Of a stretch of DNA of 64,000 nucleotides, positions 11,379-24,255 are shown one piece after another. Position 1 is the stretch's first letter; every line of letters starts with the position of its first letter. The position numbers and the translations under genes were made by a program. The notes beneath the pieces are model-generated. The model was not told the DNA's origin. It saw nothing but the letters and a program-made list of their open reading frames with translations, and searched no databases. Source of the DNA: Hydrolagus affinis (Eukaryota); contig JAAILG010000517.1 in the NCBI GenBank assembly GCA_012026655.1, positions 1 to 64,000 of the forward strand, in the 5' to 3' direction.

Positions 11379-14300
11379 TCGTGATAGTACATAGTAATGC
11401 ATTGATCACTTGCAACTGACATCTTGGTTGTGCACATAAGACTTGTTCTGCTGCCAATATCAAGGCACTGAATCGATACTGTTGAATTTGGTGGATCTGG
11501 TACATTTCCATTATTGGCTCCCAATGGGACACCTTCACTTGCTGCCTGATGACTTTCAGTTTTGTGTTAGTTTTTCAATGTGGTGCAGTGGTCCAGCATT
11601 ACTTATTTGAGGATAGTTTGTTCAGTGAAATCAGTATCTTGGCCTGTCACGTTTTCCAACCAGCAGTGTTAGGGTTAATAGAATTTGCCTGACAAGAATG
11701 GCTCGCACATTTTAGCCCCAGTTTCAAACTAGACCATGATCAAGCTCTGGTTCCTCTTGCATCTGGTTTTAGATCATGTGCATTTCTTGTAGTTACATTT
11801 CCAGTGGAATTCAACAGTTAGCCTTGTCTCCCTGAATTGGTCCTGGCATGAAACCTGTTCCAGCAGGGGTGTTGTTCTGAGGTAGAACTAATTTAGAATG
11901 AAACATTTATTTAATTGGACATTAAAAAAAATCCTAGTTTTGTGGTTTGACCGTGATGTGTCCAGGTTGAATAAAGTGGTAAGCAGCGAACTGCTTTTAA
12001 TTGTCAAATAATAGGATCATTGGCTCTATTAAAACGCTGGAGTAGGAGCTACACACAATCTGTCAGCTTGGAGTCTGGCTTGCATGCTAGGCTCAATGTG
12101 TCTGTCCAGTAGGGCAAAGATCTTTTTTTTTATCAAGGGCTTCTCAAACAACTGTAACACATATGGTGTCAGCAAATAGTGGAATTGGTAGCATTGCAGA
12201 AATGTCTATGATTGAACCCTTGTCACTTCTCATCCCTGCATGAAGGGAACGTAAGTAAAGAAGATATACTAACAATAAAGTTTAAAAAAACTTTGAAAAG
12301 TTTTGTCACATGGATGGCTATATTGTTATTTGGTTAGTGAACTGACCTACAATGTAAAGAGGGAGATGTTTCTTTAGCGAACCTTCTCAATTTTAAACAC
12401 ATTTTTTGTGCAGTTTTATAGTGCCTTTTCGTGTTTTAAAATGCCACAAAGCACTTCACAGACGGTCGTCAACACAGTGAAGTGACTGTTTTGTAGGCAA
12501 AGTGGGCGTGGAAGCAAATTTTTCACTAACATCCATGAGATGAACAGTCAGAACCATTTAGATTATTGACCAGAAAATAATCGTCATTAACATTTTCAGG
12601 AGTCAGGCTAGAAAATCCAAGTAATAAGTGGGGCAATATTGGTTGCTGATAACTTTGCTAACCTAAGATGATATCTAGGTACGCTTCCTAAGCATTATCA
12701 AGTGAAATTGATTTCAAGATGTGTCCGCCCTAGCAATAGACTAGAGATAGATTACACAGTAGGTTTAGCAGGATTTCCCAAAAGCCAAGGGTGCTGGCTT
12801 TATTTGTAGCTAATAAATGGAAATCTACTGGGTAATCCACCACACCAGTAGCTTCGTGTGAGTAATCACAGAAGCTCTGTAATGTATTCGCCCTAACTAG
12901 TTGCTGAGTAGCCAAACTGGTTATCGAGGGGAAAAAGATAATCATTTACCTACCACAATCAAATTGCTCACTTTGGTGAACAAATGAAGAGACAGAGACT
13001 TAAATTGAATGTACTTCGTTAACGAATTACTGGTTGTACATAATGTTGCAGGAGCAACACAAACCCATAGAGCTGCTGAGATTTTGCAATAGGTGTGATT
13101 CAATTGAACTTATAAGAAATAAATTGGCCATCTCGTGAGTGTGGATTTGTGTTAGTTGAGTGGTCAAACGTTGTTGCGGCACTAAATGATTTAACGTGAA
13201 GAGCCCATCGCGGGATTTACACACAATCAAACTGGTCCCATTGAAAAGAATCATACAAAGAAGTGATTGTGTGAGGCAGCAAAGGAAACAGAGCATTAAA
13301 CCTAAACTAATGAAATTGTTGTACTATACAAGTACAAAATACAGCAATGTCCAGGGGACTTAGCTAATTAGAATTTTTTTTAGAAAAACAGTATTGTGCA
13401 GGCACTGTTAAATTAAACTGCCATATCATTGCAATTATTTGGATCAAACCCACATATCAATAACATTGTCAGATTATTTAAAAATAGATACGAAAGAAAA
13501 CCGAAAATAACGGCACTGCACCAGGCTGACATTGACAGTTCTTATTTGCACTGTTGGCAAGTAATTAACAATTCAGTCACTTTCTGTCTTTGGTGCCGTT
13601 TCTATTGCTGGAACAGTCTGATAGGCCCATAGGAACTGAGCTGGATATGTGTGTTTCAGGCGTGTGATTGAAGCTCTGGGTTGTAGAATACTTTGTTTTG
13701 TGGTGTAATTTGTTGCTTCTTTTCACTTGCAGTCTACGCTCTCTATATCCTTCTTTATTTCAAGGTATTAACTCCCTACTGTTTCTCCTGTATTTCCAGT
13801 TCCATTTTTTTTTATCCCTGTAAAGATACCATAGCCGCTCTTCAACAATCATATGAATATAAATGGGAAAGAAAGGTCAACTTGTCAAAGCTATATACTC
13901 TTTACATGGCTCAGGATAATACTAGAGACAAGGAGACTTTGATTGACTTTTCTATTTTTCTCTTTTTTGTGATCTGCTTCTCATCCCTGGTTGAAAAAAA
14001 GCAATAGAATGATTTCAACAATGTGACTTTAGGCCTTGCAAAGCTTAGCTGTTGAGAAATCATTCCTGATGTTAAAAATAACAACTGAAAAGTACAAAAA
14101 CTCCTGATGTGCTCATAAATGAATTCATCTTAGACACATATGCTTCGTGATTGAAGATTTGGCTTATTGAGTAGAGGGATAATGGTGGAGATGATTAAGG
14201 AGGCATTTTATCTGATGTGTTAAATTTAGTGATGATCAAAAAGGAATCATTACACTATAAGCTAAGTGAAGATTGAATAAAGGAGATGCTTAAGCAACCT

Positions 14301-15842
14301 TGAACTTCATTTGCGAAAAGGTGTCCCTTGATATTTCTCTTCCAAAAATATAAAACATGACAGGTTAATTGTACTTAGGTAAACTACTGTCTAAAATATA
14401 TCCAGGAATATGTCAGTTTCATGAAATAAACAGCACCTTTTCAATTGCTGTAAGGATTTCAGACTGTTAAAATGATTTGATAGACTACATTTTTAGAGGC
14501 ATTGAGGCTGCATGCCTTCCGGCTGTGTTGCTTAGCAACATTTTAATTCAAGAAGGATCAAAAAGATGAAATCCCTATGGAGTTGAAAACAGAAATAAGA
14601 CTGCAGTTGACAGATGATATGAGTTGTTTCATATAATATACTGTGAAGATCACTGAGTTCTTTCATGAATGATAAATGGACTGTACACAGATCAATGAGT
14701 TCTGCAATAAACTGGAACTGCGGTCCATATCTGAAGCAGTACAGGTTGTGTAGCAAGGAAAACACTAGGAGATTTAGTCATTTAAACAATTTGTGTGTTT
14801 CAGTATTACGAGCGCAAGAGAAAATAACTGCCAGCATTTGACTGCCTTTTTCCCTTCCCACTTTTAAATTGTCATTCAAGTAAAATTCTGTCAAACTAGT
14901 CAACCCATTCCACGTGATTTTCAGCTTGATTGGTCGCAGAATTTTACCTTTCAGTTCGAAACAATGTCATTTTCCTTGGTGATATTGCAGTTAAAATGAT
15001 TTTTCACAAGCAATAAAGTATCGATATATTGCACTATTACATTTTTCATTTTCAGTTTTTTCCCTGGCTTTTGCAAAGGAATCAAGAAATGCCCTCGAAC
15101 CTTGCCTGTTACTCTTATATACATATATATCTTTTAAAAGCACATAAGAGGTGCAGTAAACAATCAAGCCATTGTTTTCATTGAGAATTTTTTTTAAAAA
15201 GAAGAGGATTAACAGCGATTGTGATCTATTAACATAATCTCTTTGTACCTTTATGTGGAAAAAGTGAACCGTTGTTGGTTGTACTCAAACAACTAGGAAT
15301 TATAATTATTAACATGAAAAATTCATTATCAAATGAAAAATTTCAATCGGAGAGAATTTCCTATATACAGTATAGCCTTTTGACAATCCACGCCACATAA
15401 AATGCAACGTTTTGTTGGAGGCGAGAAGAGTCCCTTTATCTTCCATTCAGATACAAATTCTTTGAATGTAATGCTAAATGAAGAATATTTTTCTGGGAGG
15501 ATGTGGGTGGGATTGATGTGCATTTTTAATCCAAATTTGTTTGACACTTGTATAATCTGTCACCAGTGAGCAGCAAGATCATTTACTTTGCGCATTTGGC
15601 AAAAACTACCTGTTAACATTTGTTAAAAGTGACTAGCTTGAATTACTGCAATAAAAATATGCACTAAATTTACAAAATAAATGACACAACAGTAATTGGT
15701 TTCGGGCACTAATTAGCATATTTTTCCCCACTGGATTATAGTCTGACCATATTTGTTTTTTTAAAACGTAGAATTACCTATTGTCAAATACTTGAATTGC
15801 GTCATTCAACTTGTTCTCTGCAAATCACAAGAGAAAGTGTAG

Positions 15843-15903
15843 AAACGTCCTCCCGACGTGAAAGGCGCTCTATAAATGTAATTTGTTGTTGTTGTTGTTG
15901 TTG
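15843..15903 (+). mobile_element. L2-type 3' tail with (TTG)n
   Basis: acgtcctcccgacgtgaaaggcgctctataaatgtaattt(gtt)n. The same family occurs near 20549, 24022, 26827, 33105, 40645, 47093 and 51676. Confidence 0.8.
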
Positions 15904-17058
15904 AAAAGAAAATTGAGGAATGTTATCACTGGGGAAAGGGAAGAAGATTCTGAAACGGTGCGAATTGAGTTTGGTAATAGTCCTGGAGGTGAAAACACAG
16001 TGTGCAATTGCAACCTCACTGTAAGTAGTTGGCTATAGGACAGGATGGGGGTCGACAACAGCAGTACATCTCCAAAGGTGCCCACATCCAATATAAATTT
16101 TACAACGCAAACATGTGTCTTTATCACAGCGGTTGTTAGTGCTTTTAATTTCCTATTAACAAGAAAACAACATGCACTGCATTTCACAAATCCCTTGCCT
16201 TAAATCATTTACTATGGAGAACAGAACAAATTGTTTTATGTCATTACTGCACATTACGCAGACTTTTGATAGCTGTCAAATACAACAAACAGCCACTTCC
16301 ATTGCTGTCATCACATCCACTAACATCATATTGCAAGAGACAGACAGGAACACTGAAACTGATTATTTAATTCTATTTTCCTGCATACGAGTTCTAAGAC
16401 AGTTTCATTCTTTGGTTAATTCCTGTCTCGTACTACTTGTGGAATGAAATGGTGTTTCAAATAACAGGTAGTTCAAAACGTTTAGGTTTATGGCACGCCT
16501 AATCATTACACAGAAGCAGTTACTGTTATCAATAACTACACAGTAACTATTAAGCAGTATGTAAAATGAATGGGAAGGATACTGTCAGTATATAATTGAA
16601 TATTTACTAATTGGGTGATAATAAAGTTTTTAAAAAAATCAAACTTTATCTGCCTGGGTCCCTTTTGCAACCATTTCAACAAATGTGATCAAACTGAGAA
16701 GCCACTTAATGCTCGTATCATATCCTTTCTTTAATCCTAACTATTGTAATTATAGAACAATGGCAATTTGATCTTGAATTATGTTATTTAAATGGAAAAT
16801 TCAATTGCCATGAAATAAAAGCAAACTTAACCATTTATAATAAACGTGCATCTGGGAGAAATACACGTGTGGCAAGAGTTTTTCATTTGGTTTATAAATA
16901 ATATGTAAAAGCTTATATGTTATGTTTCTTCCGATTATTCTGTGGTTTGGGAAACACACTGATTTGCTGCAGGATGAAAAGGCTGTTCAGTACTAAAGCA
17001 CTAATGTATAGAGCAGTGTCAACAAATTATTATTTGTATTTTTTTTTGTCCTCTACAG

Positions 17059-17093
17059 GCAGAGAAAACTAAGATTCGACCCATTCCTGTCAA
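17059..17093 (+). CDS. AFF2: AFF2 small exon, 35 nt: AEKTKIRPIPV(N)
   Basis: Long T tract and ctctacag acceptor; AA|gtaagt donor. Phase 0 in, 2 nt out, which is exactly what links 7028 to 44003. Resembles AFF2 AVEKAKPRNNPVN as recalled. Confidence 0.88.
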
Positions 17094-19585
17094 GTAAGTT
17101 TCTCTCTTTATATTGAGGTGTTCTTTGCTGCCATCTGTAATCGAAATGAACGATCAAATATTTGTTATGTTTGAGAGATATTTATGTTTTTTAAATGATT
17201 CAGGTGAAGTGATTACACAAACATGACATTGCTATTCACCCATTTCCACCTGAGGGCAAATGTTCTCCGGTAGCCATAAATTATCCAATTGAATGCAATG
17301 CAATTTGTGCTTTCGTTCGAGTAACACTGTGTCAGCAGATTTACTCACTGACTCCAATCAATTTGAAATTGTCTCTGTTGTTTTTCTTAAGTGAACTGTC
17401 ACAAATGAATTTTTTTAAAATCATCTTTAGCCTCCTTTAGGCGAAAATACAATTGTATAGTCCGTCAGTTCCCCTCAATGTTTATGTGACATAAGTCTGA
17501 ATGTTTGGTGAATTGCTATAGACCCATTCAATATTGAGGTAATGGTCCCCAAACACGCATGTATACAACAATGTGTATTTGGAAGGAGAGCAAGAATCAA
17601 ATGCTTGAAGTCGAAACACACTAGCCTTGCATTACAGTTCATCTGCGTGTTCTATACATGTGATTATGGCCAACAGAATCCACGTGTTCTATAATGTATG
17701 CAAATTAATCCAAAGTAGCAATTGTGTCAGTAAGCTTGGGAGCAGCAAGCTATGGTTGGCAAATATTAATGCAGAGTATTGGTGTTTGGTATGTGTCATC
17801 TTTGCAACATTGTTAGTATGGTCTGTATCCTGGTTTGCATTCATCTTTGCCTTTATTTTACTTTGTTAGAGTGAGAGATTATTTACACCAGCCTTTCACT
17901 CGCAATCGGATTTGAACTGTGCTTGTATTCGGCATCAGATGTTGAAGCATTTTGAGTGTCCTTAGGCAACAAGATTATTACACAGTACCAAATTATAATG
18001 CTTGTTAGAGAGACTTCTGCTAGTAGAGATATTATCCAGGCATTTTTCTTTGGAATAGATGTTAAGGTTTATTGCTTTGACATGAATGTTTTCCAACTAA
18101 GTTGCAAATGCCCGCACTGCTAATTTGTTCAGTACGCAAGTACAGTTGTTAAATAAAGCTTGCTTAATTCCCTAGTTTTGAATTAATGAAACCTTAATCT
18201 TGAGCTCAGTTTTTTAAAAATGTAACAGCATGGAGATAAAGTCACAAAGTTGTTGTTCTTCTGTCTTTTGAGAATATGAATTCTATATAGCTCTCGGTGA
18301 TTTAATACTTGCAGTTTGCAAATCTAAAATGGGTTATGAGTTGGCACAAGGGCTCACGAATCAAAAATCCTGAAAAGTCAAACAAAAGGTCAGAAAGCGA
18401 AATGAATCGCAAATTTGTTGTTGAACTTTCTAGTGGATTGTGCAATTTCAGGCGCAAACCAGAAGTCACAATTAGAGTAGCGGTTTGCATTTTCAACCTC
18501 CTATTGTTTTATGCCCCTTGAAGCTTAAGCCCTTTTAACGTAGATTTATTCCTTCCCATTTAAATTTTATCCTGGTTCTACTCGTATGCTCACAAAATGT
18601 TTCGTAAATGCTCATTATAATTCAGGCCCCAAAGATGTTTATGTCTGGTAATAGCAACCTTATAATTTACCCTTATTTTTCCTAATTAACTGTTTGTTTA
18701 ACTATTGTTTTCGCTTTACCTGCAAAATTATTCATTTTGCCCTCAAAATACAGTTATTATACAAAATACAGTTTACAAAATATCCTGTAAAGCACTTTGA
18801 GATATCTGGATGACACGTTAAGGTGCTGTATCAAATGCAAGGATTATTATTAATTATTATATTGTAAAGACACCAACCTTCTACAAGATCTGTGGATTAA
18901 AGTGAGGAAGAATTGATGTACTTATGCATTATCCATCATATCATCAGGCCTAACTGCAGGTAAAATCTGTTATCTGAGCGCATCCTGAATGTTATAGGTC
19001 AATCTAAATGGAATAATGGTATAACGTCATTAGCAATAAACGTTGCAGTGAAAACATTTGGTAAAATTGCCTCCAGAGACAAATTAAAACAGATACTTTA
19101 GACTTTTCAGTGCGAACCAACCATATGTTCAATATGACATATTTTCATAACACAAATTTATTATTAGGCCACAATGACATTAAACTTTTATAAATGTAAT
19201 TTGGCTAACAGACAGATACTGATACAATTCATTCAAAAACTGCCACACTTTTGACATTTGCTTGAATCAAGTGAATGACCACTTATATTTTCTGTGGATT
19301 CTGCTCTTAGTTTTCATATGTCAGTACGGCAGTAAAAGATTTGAGAAATGGGCAAAATGTTTCCAAAAGGGCAGCGGAGGCTCATTTTCTGTGATTGCAA
19401 GGAATTTTTCTTTCTTGTTGTTGATGCCAAAAGATTCTTTTGATTCAAAATTCTACTGAGGTCAACTCATCCGACAATCCCATTTGTGTTTGTGCGGGTG
19501 ATCACGATCAGGCTGTTGTTTCAAGACTGTGTGCTGCCAACAGTCAATTCATTAGTTATTGAAAGCTATAGTGTTCAGGAATCAA

Positions 19586-19855
19586 ACAAGAAAGCAAGGG
19601 AGAAAGAAAGAAGGGGAGAGAATGAAAGACTGGTAGAAAGAGACAGAAACAAAGAAAATAAGAAAGATAGATAGAGAGAGAAAGAACGACAGAGAAAAAA
19701 TGAAACAGAGAGAAAGAAATAACTTGTACTTTTATAGCACCTTATCACGGAACATCTTGAACACATTGAATTTAACTTCAAGTGTAATGATTGGATTTAT
19801 AGGTAGCCATTACCTCCATTTCAAGGTCCCGCAAACATTCATGAGTTGAATGACC
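19586..19855 (-). mobile_element. Old SINE with an expanded (TCTT/CT)-rich tail, seen as a purine tract at 19586-19720
   Basis: The GA-rich tract runs directly into aacttgtacttttatagcacc...ggtcccgcaaaca, the reverse complement of a SacSINE-like 3' end. Confidence 0.55.
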
Positions 19856-20544
19856 CAGATCAAAATCCCCATCCTAACCTTTGAACCTCTTGCCCCACCC
19901 TAGCTCTGTGAACTTCTCCTATCTTACCAACCCTCCACTCAGCAGTCACCAACCTGCTTTTCATCCATCAGTGGTTGGACTTTGAGCAATTCTGACCCCA
20001 TTCACTGGATCTCCATCCTCCAGTCCCTTCGAATCGCATCTTCTTTCACCTCTTTGATGGTCTTCCACCACCTAATACATCGACTCCCTCTCCCTCGCCC
20101 ACCCCAACAGCAGTTTGGATGCAAACCATGGATAGTGTTGAGTCTCTTGGTATTTCATCCCGCCAGGAAAAATTGTATTTGCATTTGAGGATAGTGAGTC
20201 GGGTTTATTGCACAGTGTGCGGTTTCCCCTGTCGTTAAATATTATTTGGCATGAATTGAAAAATATGCCAAGCCAAAAAAGGCCTTAGCCTTTTTAACTT
20301 GTTACTCTGCATACATTGCTGTTAACCAAACATCGTTGAAAGTTCAAGTGCTTAACCTGACTGGCCTTGTTCTTACAGATTCAAGAACTGAAGTTGTAAC
20401 CTATCTCTAACGAGAGGTTTTCATTGCATGAGAAATGATGTGTAACTGGCCCATAAGACTCATTAAGCTTAAGCCTTCTGCACGCCAATCGTGCAAAATT
20501 ATTTCAATTCTTCTTAACCAATCATGCCAACTGTACTCCCCCTG

Positions 20545-20610
20545 TGCAGCGCCTTGGGACGTCCTCCCGACGTGAAAGGCGCTCTATAAATGTAAGTTGT
20601 TGTTGTTGTT
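20545..20610 (+). mobile_element. L2-type 3' tail with (TTG)n
   Basis: cagcgccttgggacgtcctcccgacgtgaaaggcgctctataaatgtaagttgttgttgttgtt. Confidence 0.82.
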
Positions 20611-20878
20611 CATCTCTATATGAATAATTGCAGTTCTTCCTGCAGGGTTACTTGGTTAACTGCTGGAAATAAACCCACCGTTTTCCTTCTGTTTAAAGGC
20701 TTTGTATCAGCTCATCTGCAAGATAGATGATCTGCTTGAGTAGTTAATTGTCCTGTCTGTCTAAAAAGCAAATCGAATTCCAATAGAAACTGCTCTTTTC
20801 CAAACCGCACTTGTTCCTTTAAGAAGTGTGGGGAATGAATTGGTGGCCAAGCAGGTATCCCATTTGAGCAATGTCATT

Positions 20879-21115
20879 CCTTGGGCAAGTTTCCTAACTC
20901 CACACGCCTAATAATAATTCCTCAAAAAAAAACCAATAATAAATTGGTCATTTCAATCCACGACCATTTGTGGGACACTGCTGTGCGCAATTAGCTGCTG
21001 CGTTTCGCCCAAAAGTATACAGTCAATTCACTTTACAGTGTATTCTGTGAAGCACCTTGAGACGTCTAGAAGACGTGAAAAGCGCTATATCAAATGCAAG
21101 GATTATTATTATTAT
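20879..21115 (+). mobile_element. Young ATT-tailed SINE lacking the tRNA head
   Basis: ccttgggcaagtttcctaactccacacgcct...gtgggacactgctgtgcgcaatt...gagacgtctagaagacgtgaaaagcgctatatcaaatgcaaggattattatt. Confidence 0.9.
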
Positions 21116-22037
21116 GTGCCCTGGGATCAATATATGATGAGCAGATTATAAAGTTTTTTTTCCATATTTGCTTACAGCAATCTGCTCAGCAGGAGTATCT
21201 CCAAGCCATGCATGAGTACCTAGACTTGAGTCCAGAAGTTCACAGGTCTCAGCCACTCCTGGCAGTTTATAACCTATCTAATAGGTCTGTAAGAATGGAG
21301 AGATCCGTTAATTACACTGCATTCACAGATGTCCATAATGGGATTAGGAATGCATTTTACAGGGAAATGTAAGGGGAAACACGTCATCCCAATGCATTCC
21401 ATCCGTTATGAATAGGCTATAACAGCCAGCATTGAAAATGACTGTGTGGCAACAAAAAAAAATGACTGGGAAGTTTGTTGAATTGCACCTTCTTATTACA
21501 TTTGGTGCATGCTGACCTCAACAGATCAGGGTTACCTGGTGTTGTGGACGAAGCAAGAGGTGTTCCAAGGATGTTTAGCTAAGTGTTTCTCTCCCTTCTC
21601 CTGGAGTCTTGGTAAATGCATGCATGCGTGTGCTTCTCTGTGGAGCCAAATCTCTCTTTGTTTTCAAGTTGTTTTCCTCCGCATTCTTTATGATGCCTGT
21701 GCCAAGCAATGTACCAAATGCTGCCAACGAGCATGGAGGTGACTGCTCTCAGGCTCTGCCCTGCCAGAGGTTCTAGGAGCAGTCGTCTAGTGCTATAATT
21801 TGCTGGTGACCTCCCCTCCCACTGTCATGGCAATGACTGAAATCAGGAACTCAGATTTGTCAGTAAGCACTGTTTGATTCCCAGCGAGAGGTCTGCAGTG
21901 CCTCATTCACGTAAAAGAGCAGGACTTGCTGGCAGCTCTGGTAGAGTGAATCTAATGCCTCGTTCATAATGCACGGTTCATGGTAATTTTCTACTTTGGC
22001 ACAAATTCTGTCCCAAAGGTATAATAAATCAGCTTCT

Positions 22038-22430
22038 GTGTCAGCCTGGCTCAGTTGGTAGCACTCTTGCTCCCGAGTCAATAGGTTGTGAGTTCAAGCT
22101 TTGTGTCGGGGCTTTGAATTCATAGTCTAGGCTGATACTCTGATGCATTGTGCTGCAATGTTGGCGGTGCCGTACTGCGAATGAGACGTAAAACTGAATT
22201 CCCATCTGGTGGATTGCTAATGATTATTTGGTATCATTCAAAAAGAAAAGGGAGTTTCTCCTCGAGTCCTGGCTAGCAATCCCCCAAATAAAACTGGCCA
22301 TTCACTTCATGGCTGTTTGTGGGACATTGTGGTAAATTGGCCAATACACAGTCACTACACTTTACAGTATACCCTGGGAAGTGCTCCGAGTGTTCTGACA
22401 CGAAAGTATTATATTAAATGTAAGGATTAG
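22038..22430 (+). mobile_element. Near full-length long DeuSINE/SacSINE1-like element
   Basis: A box TGGCTCAGTTGG (22047) and B-box-like gagttcaag. Central taggctgatactc...ggcggtgccgt...atgagacgtaaaac...gagtcctggc resembles the Deu core. Shares the family 3' half. Confidence 0.78.
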
Positions 22431-24109
22431 TTCACACATATAAAATGCAAGGATCAGTTATTATTTATGAAGGAAGGAAGTGTTTTCAGGTGTGGTTGAA
22501 TTCCCTCTAGTGCAGTATAAATGTAACCGGTGGAAGTTGAATTCAGCTCTACCTCCCTGCGGCCCCCTGAAAACTCTTGGGATGATTTAAAAAAAAGAAT
22601 CGGTCAAGTGACATGAAAGGATTACATCCTGATTTGGATTTCATACATTCCCTCCCCTATCGGTAGACATGGGGAACTCTCTCGCGATAACATTTGAGAA
22701 GTTTCATAACAGATTTGATGTGATAATTCTGGTGGTGATAATTACCACTTGGAATCCGTTATGAAATCGAGCAAATTCATCCCATTGTGAGCTCATATTT
22801 GTTAGTCGCAGTGCGATGTAGAGCTAGGGATACAATTCAAGCCTCCAGATCCTCGGGGCTATATTATTGGCCAAGAAATCACTTTCTAGCAATGTGAACC
22901 CAGCTTAAGTGCAAACAACCTGTTAAATGAATACAATTCCAGGAGGTCTCAGTTCAAAGCAGGGAGACTAAAGGCATTCTGATGGTGCAGTGAGATCAAG
23001 ATTCTCTTTTCTGATCGAGCCTGCTGTTATATTATCAGGAAAAGAAAGTCTGGGAATATCACAACTGTTGACTGACATTATAATCTGGCCTGAGAATTTG
23101 CAGAAGGCTGAAAAATTGCACGGTGAAAAACTGGAATCTCCAACGCAGGTGCAGTTTCCTGGGAAAGGTCTAACCACCCAATAAATCAGACAGAAATGCA
23201 CGTGTAAGAGAGGACTTCTGTCTTTGTGATCTGTCTCAAGTTTACATCAGTGGTTTATGAGTCTCATGTTGGACTGCTGAGTCCATATTGAAACATTACC
23301 ACACAAACTTTCCTCCCACTGGGTTGCAGGATGATCGTTGCTCATTCACTTTGTGTCCGCTCTGTTGTTTCCTTGGCTTGTCTGTCTCCTGCAATTTTTT
23401 TTGCTTCTACCCAGCACTCATTTCCGCCCCTCTTTAACTTTCCTGATGTTTCTACCTCTTCAAAGTTCTCAATTGCAGTTCTATTTGACACAGCTCCCTG
23501 CTGTGAATTGTGTGACTCGACATTTCAGACTGAGCTCTCATTGACACTAAGCTGTGATAAATTGCTGTACAGACTGTATGAACCTGTGAACTCTCTCCAC
23601 TCCATGTAGAACACATCCAACATCTTTAAAATACAATAATAATCTTCTTATTTTATACTGAGATTGTGATTAAACAATTATCGTGCCAAACTTAATGGTG
23701 AATTGCAGTCACTCATAGATCACTTCCATGGTAACAAATGTTCCATGACCGTCAATAGATTTTTTTTCTCCATAATCCACTCTGTTTTGTTCTCTGTTTG
23801 CTTTGCATGAGTTGGATCTATTTAAGTCATTCTATAATGTTTTGCTATTCATTTATTAAACTAAATAATAATACTTGCATTTGATGTGGCATCTTTCACA
23901 TCAGGTGGATGTCTCAAAGCGTTTCACGAGATGTGAATATAAATTGTGCGCTAATGCGACAGACAATTTGTAACCACAAATATTCCCTAAACAGCCAAGT
24001 ATTCTTACACTCCTCCTCCCAACGTCCTTCCAATGAGAAAGGCACTATACAAATGTAATTTTGTTACTGTTAAATGTACTCAAGATTACATAACACTTCC
24101 ACCAGGACT

Positions 24110-24255
24110 TTCTTGCTAAAGACCTTTCTGCTAAAGATCTTTCTTTTAACCACGCTTTTGATCATCTTTTTCCCCCTCCCACTTGCTCGGCCATTATCGG
24201 GAAGCGCTCTGAAACGCCGTCCGGTGTGGAAGGCGCTATATAATCCAAGTTGTTG
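24110..24255 (+). mobile_element. L2 LINE 3' end (LKTFL, tandemly duplicated)
   Basis: ctaaagacctttctg-ctaaagatctttct, then a 3' UTR and stem-loop homologous to 52757-52900. Confidence 0.75.
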
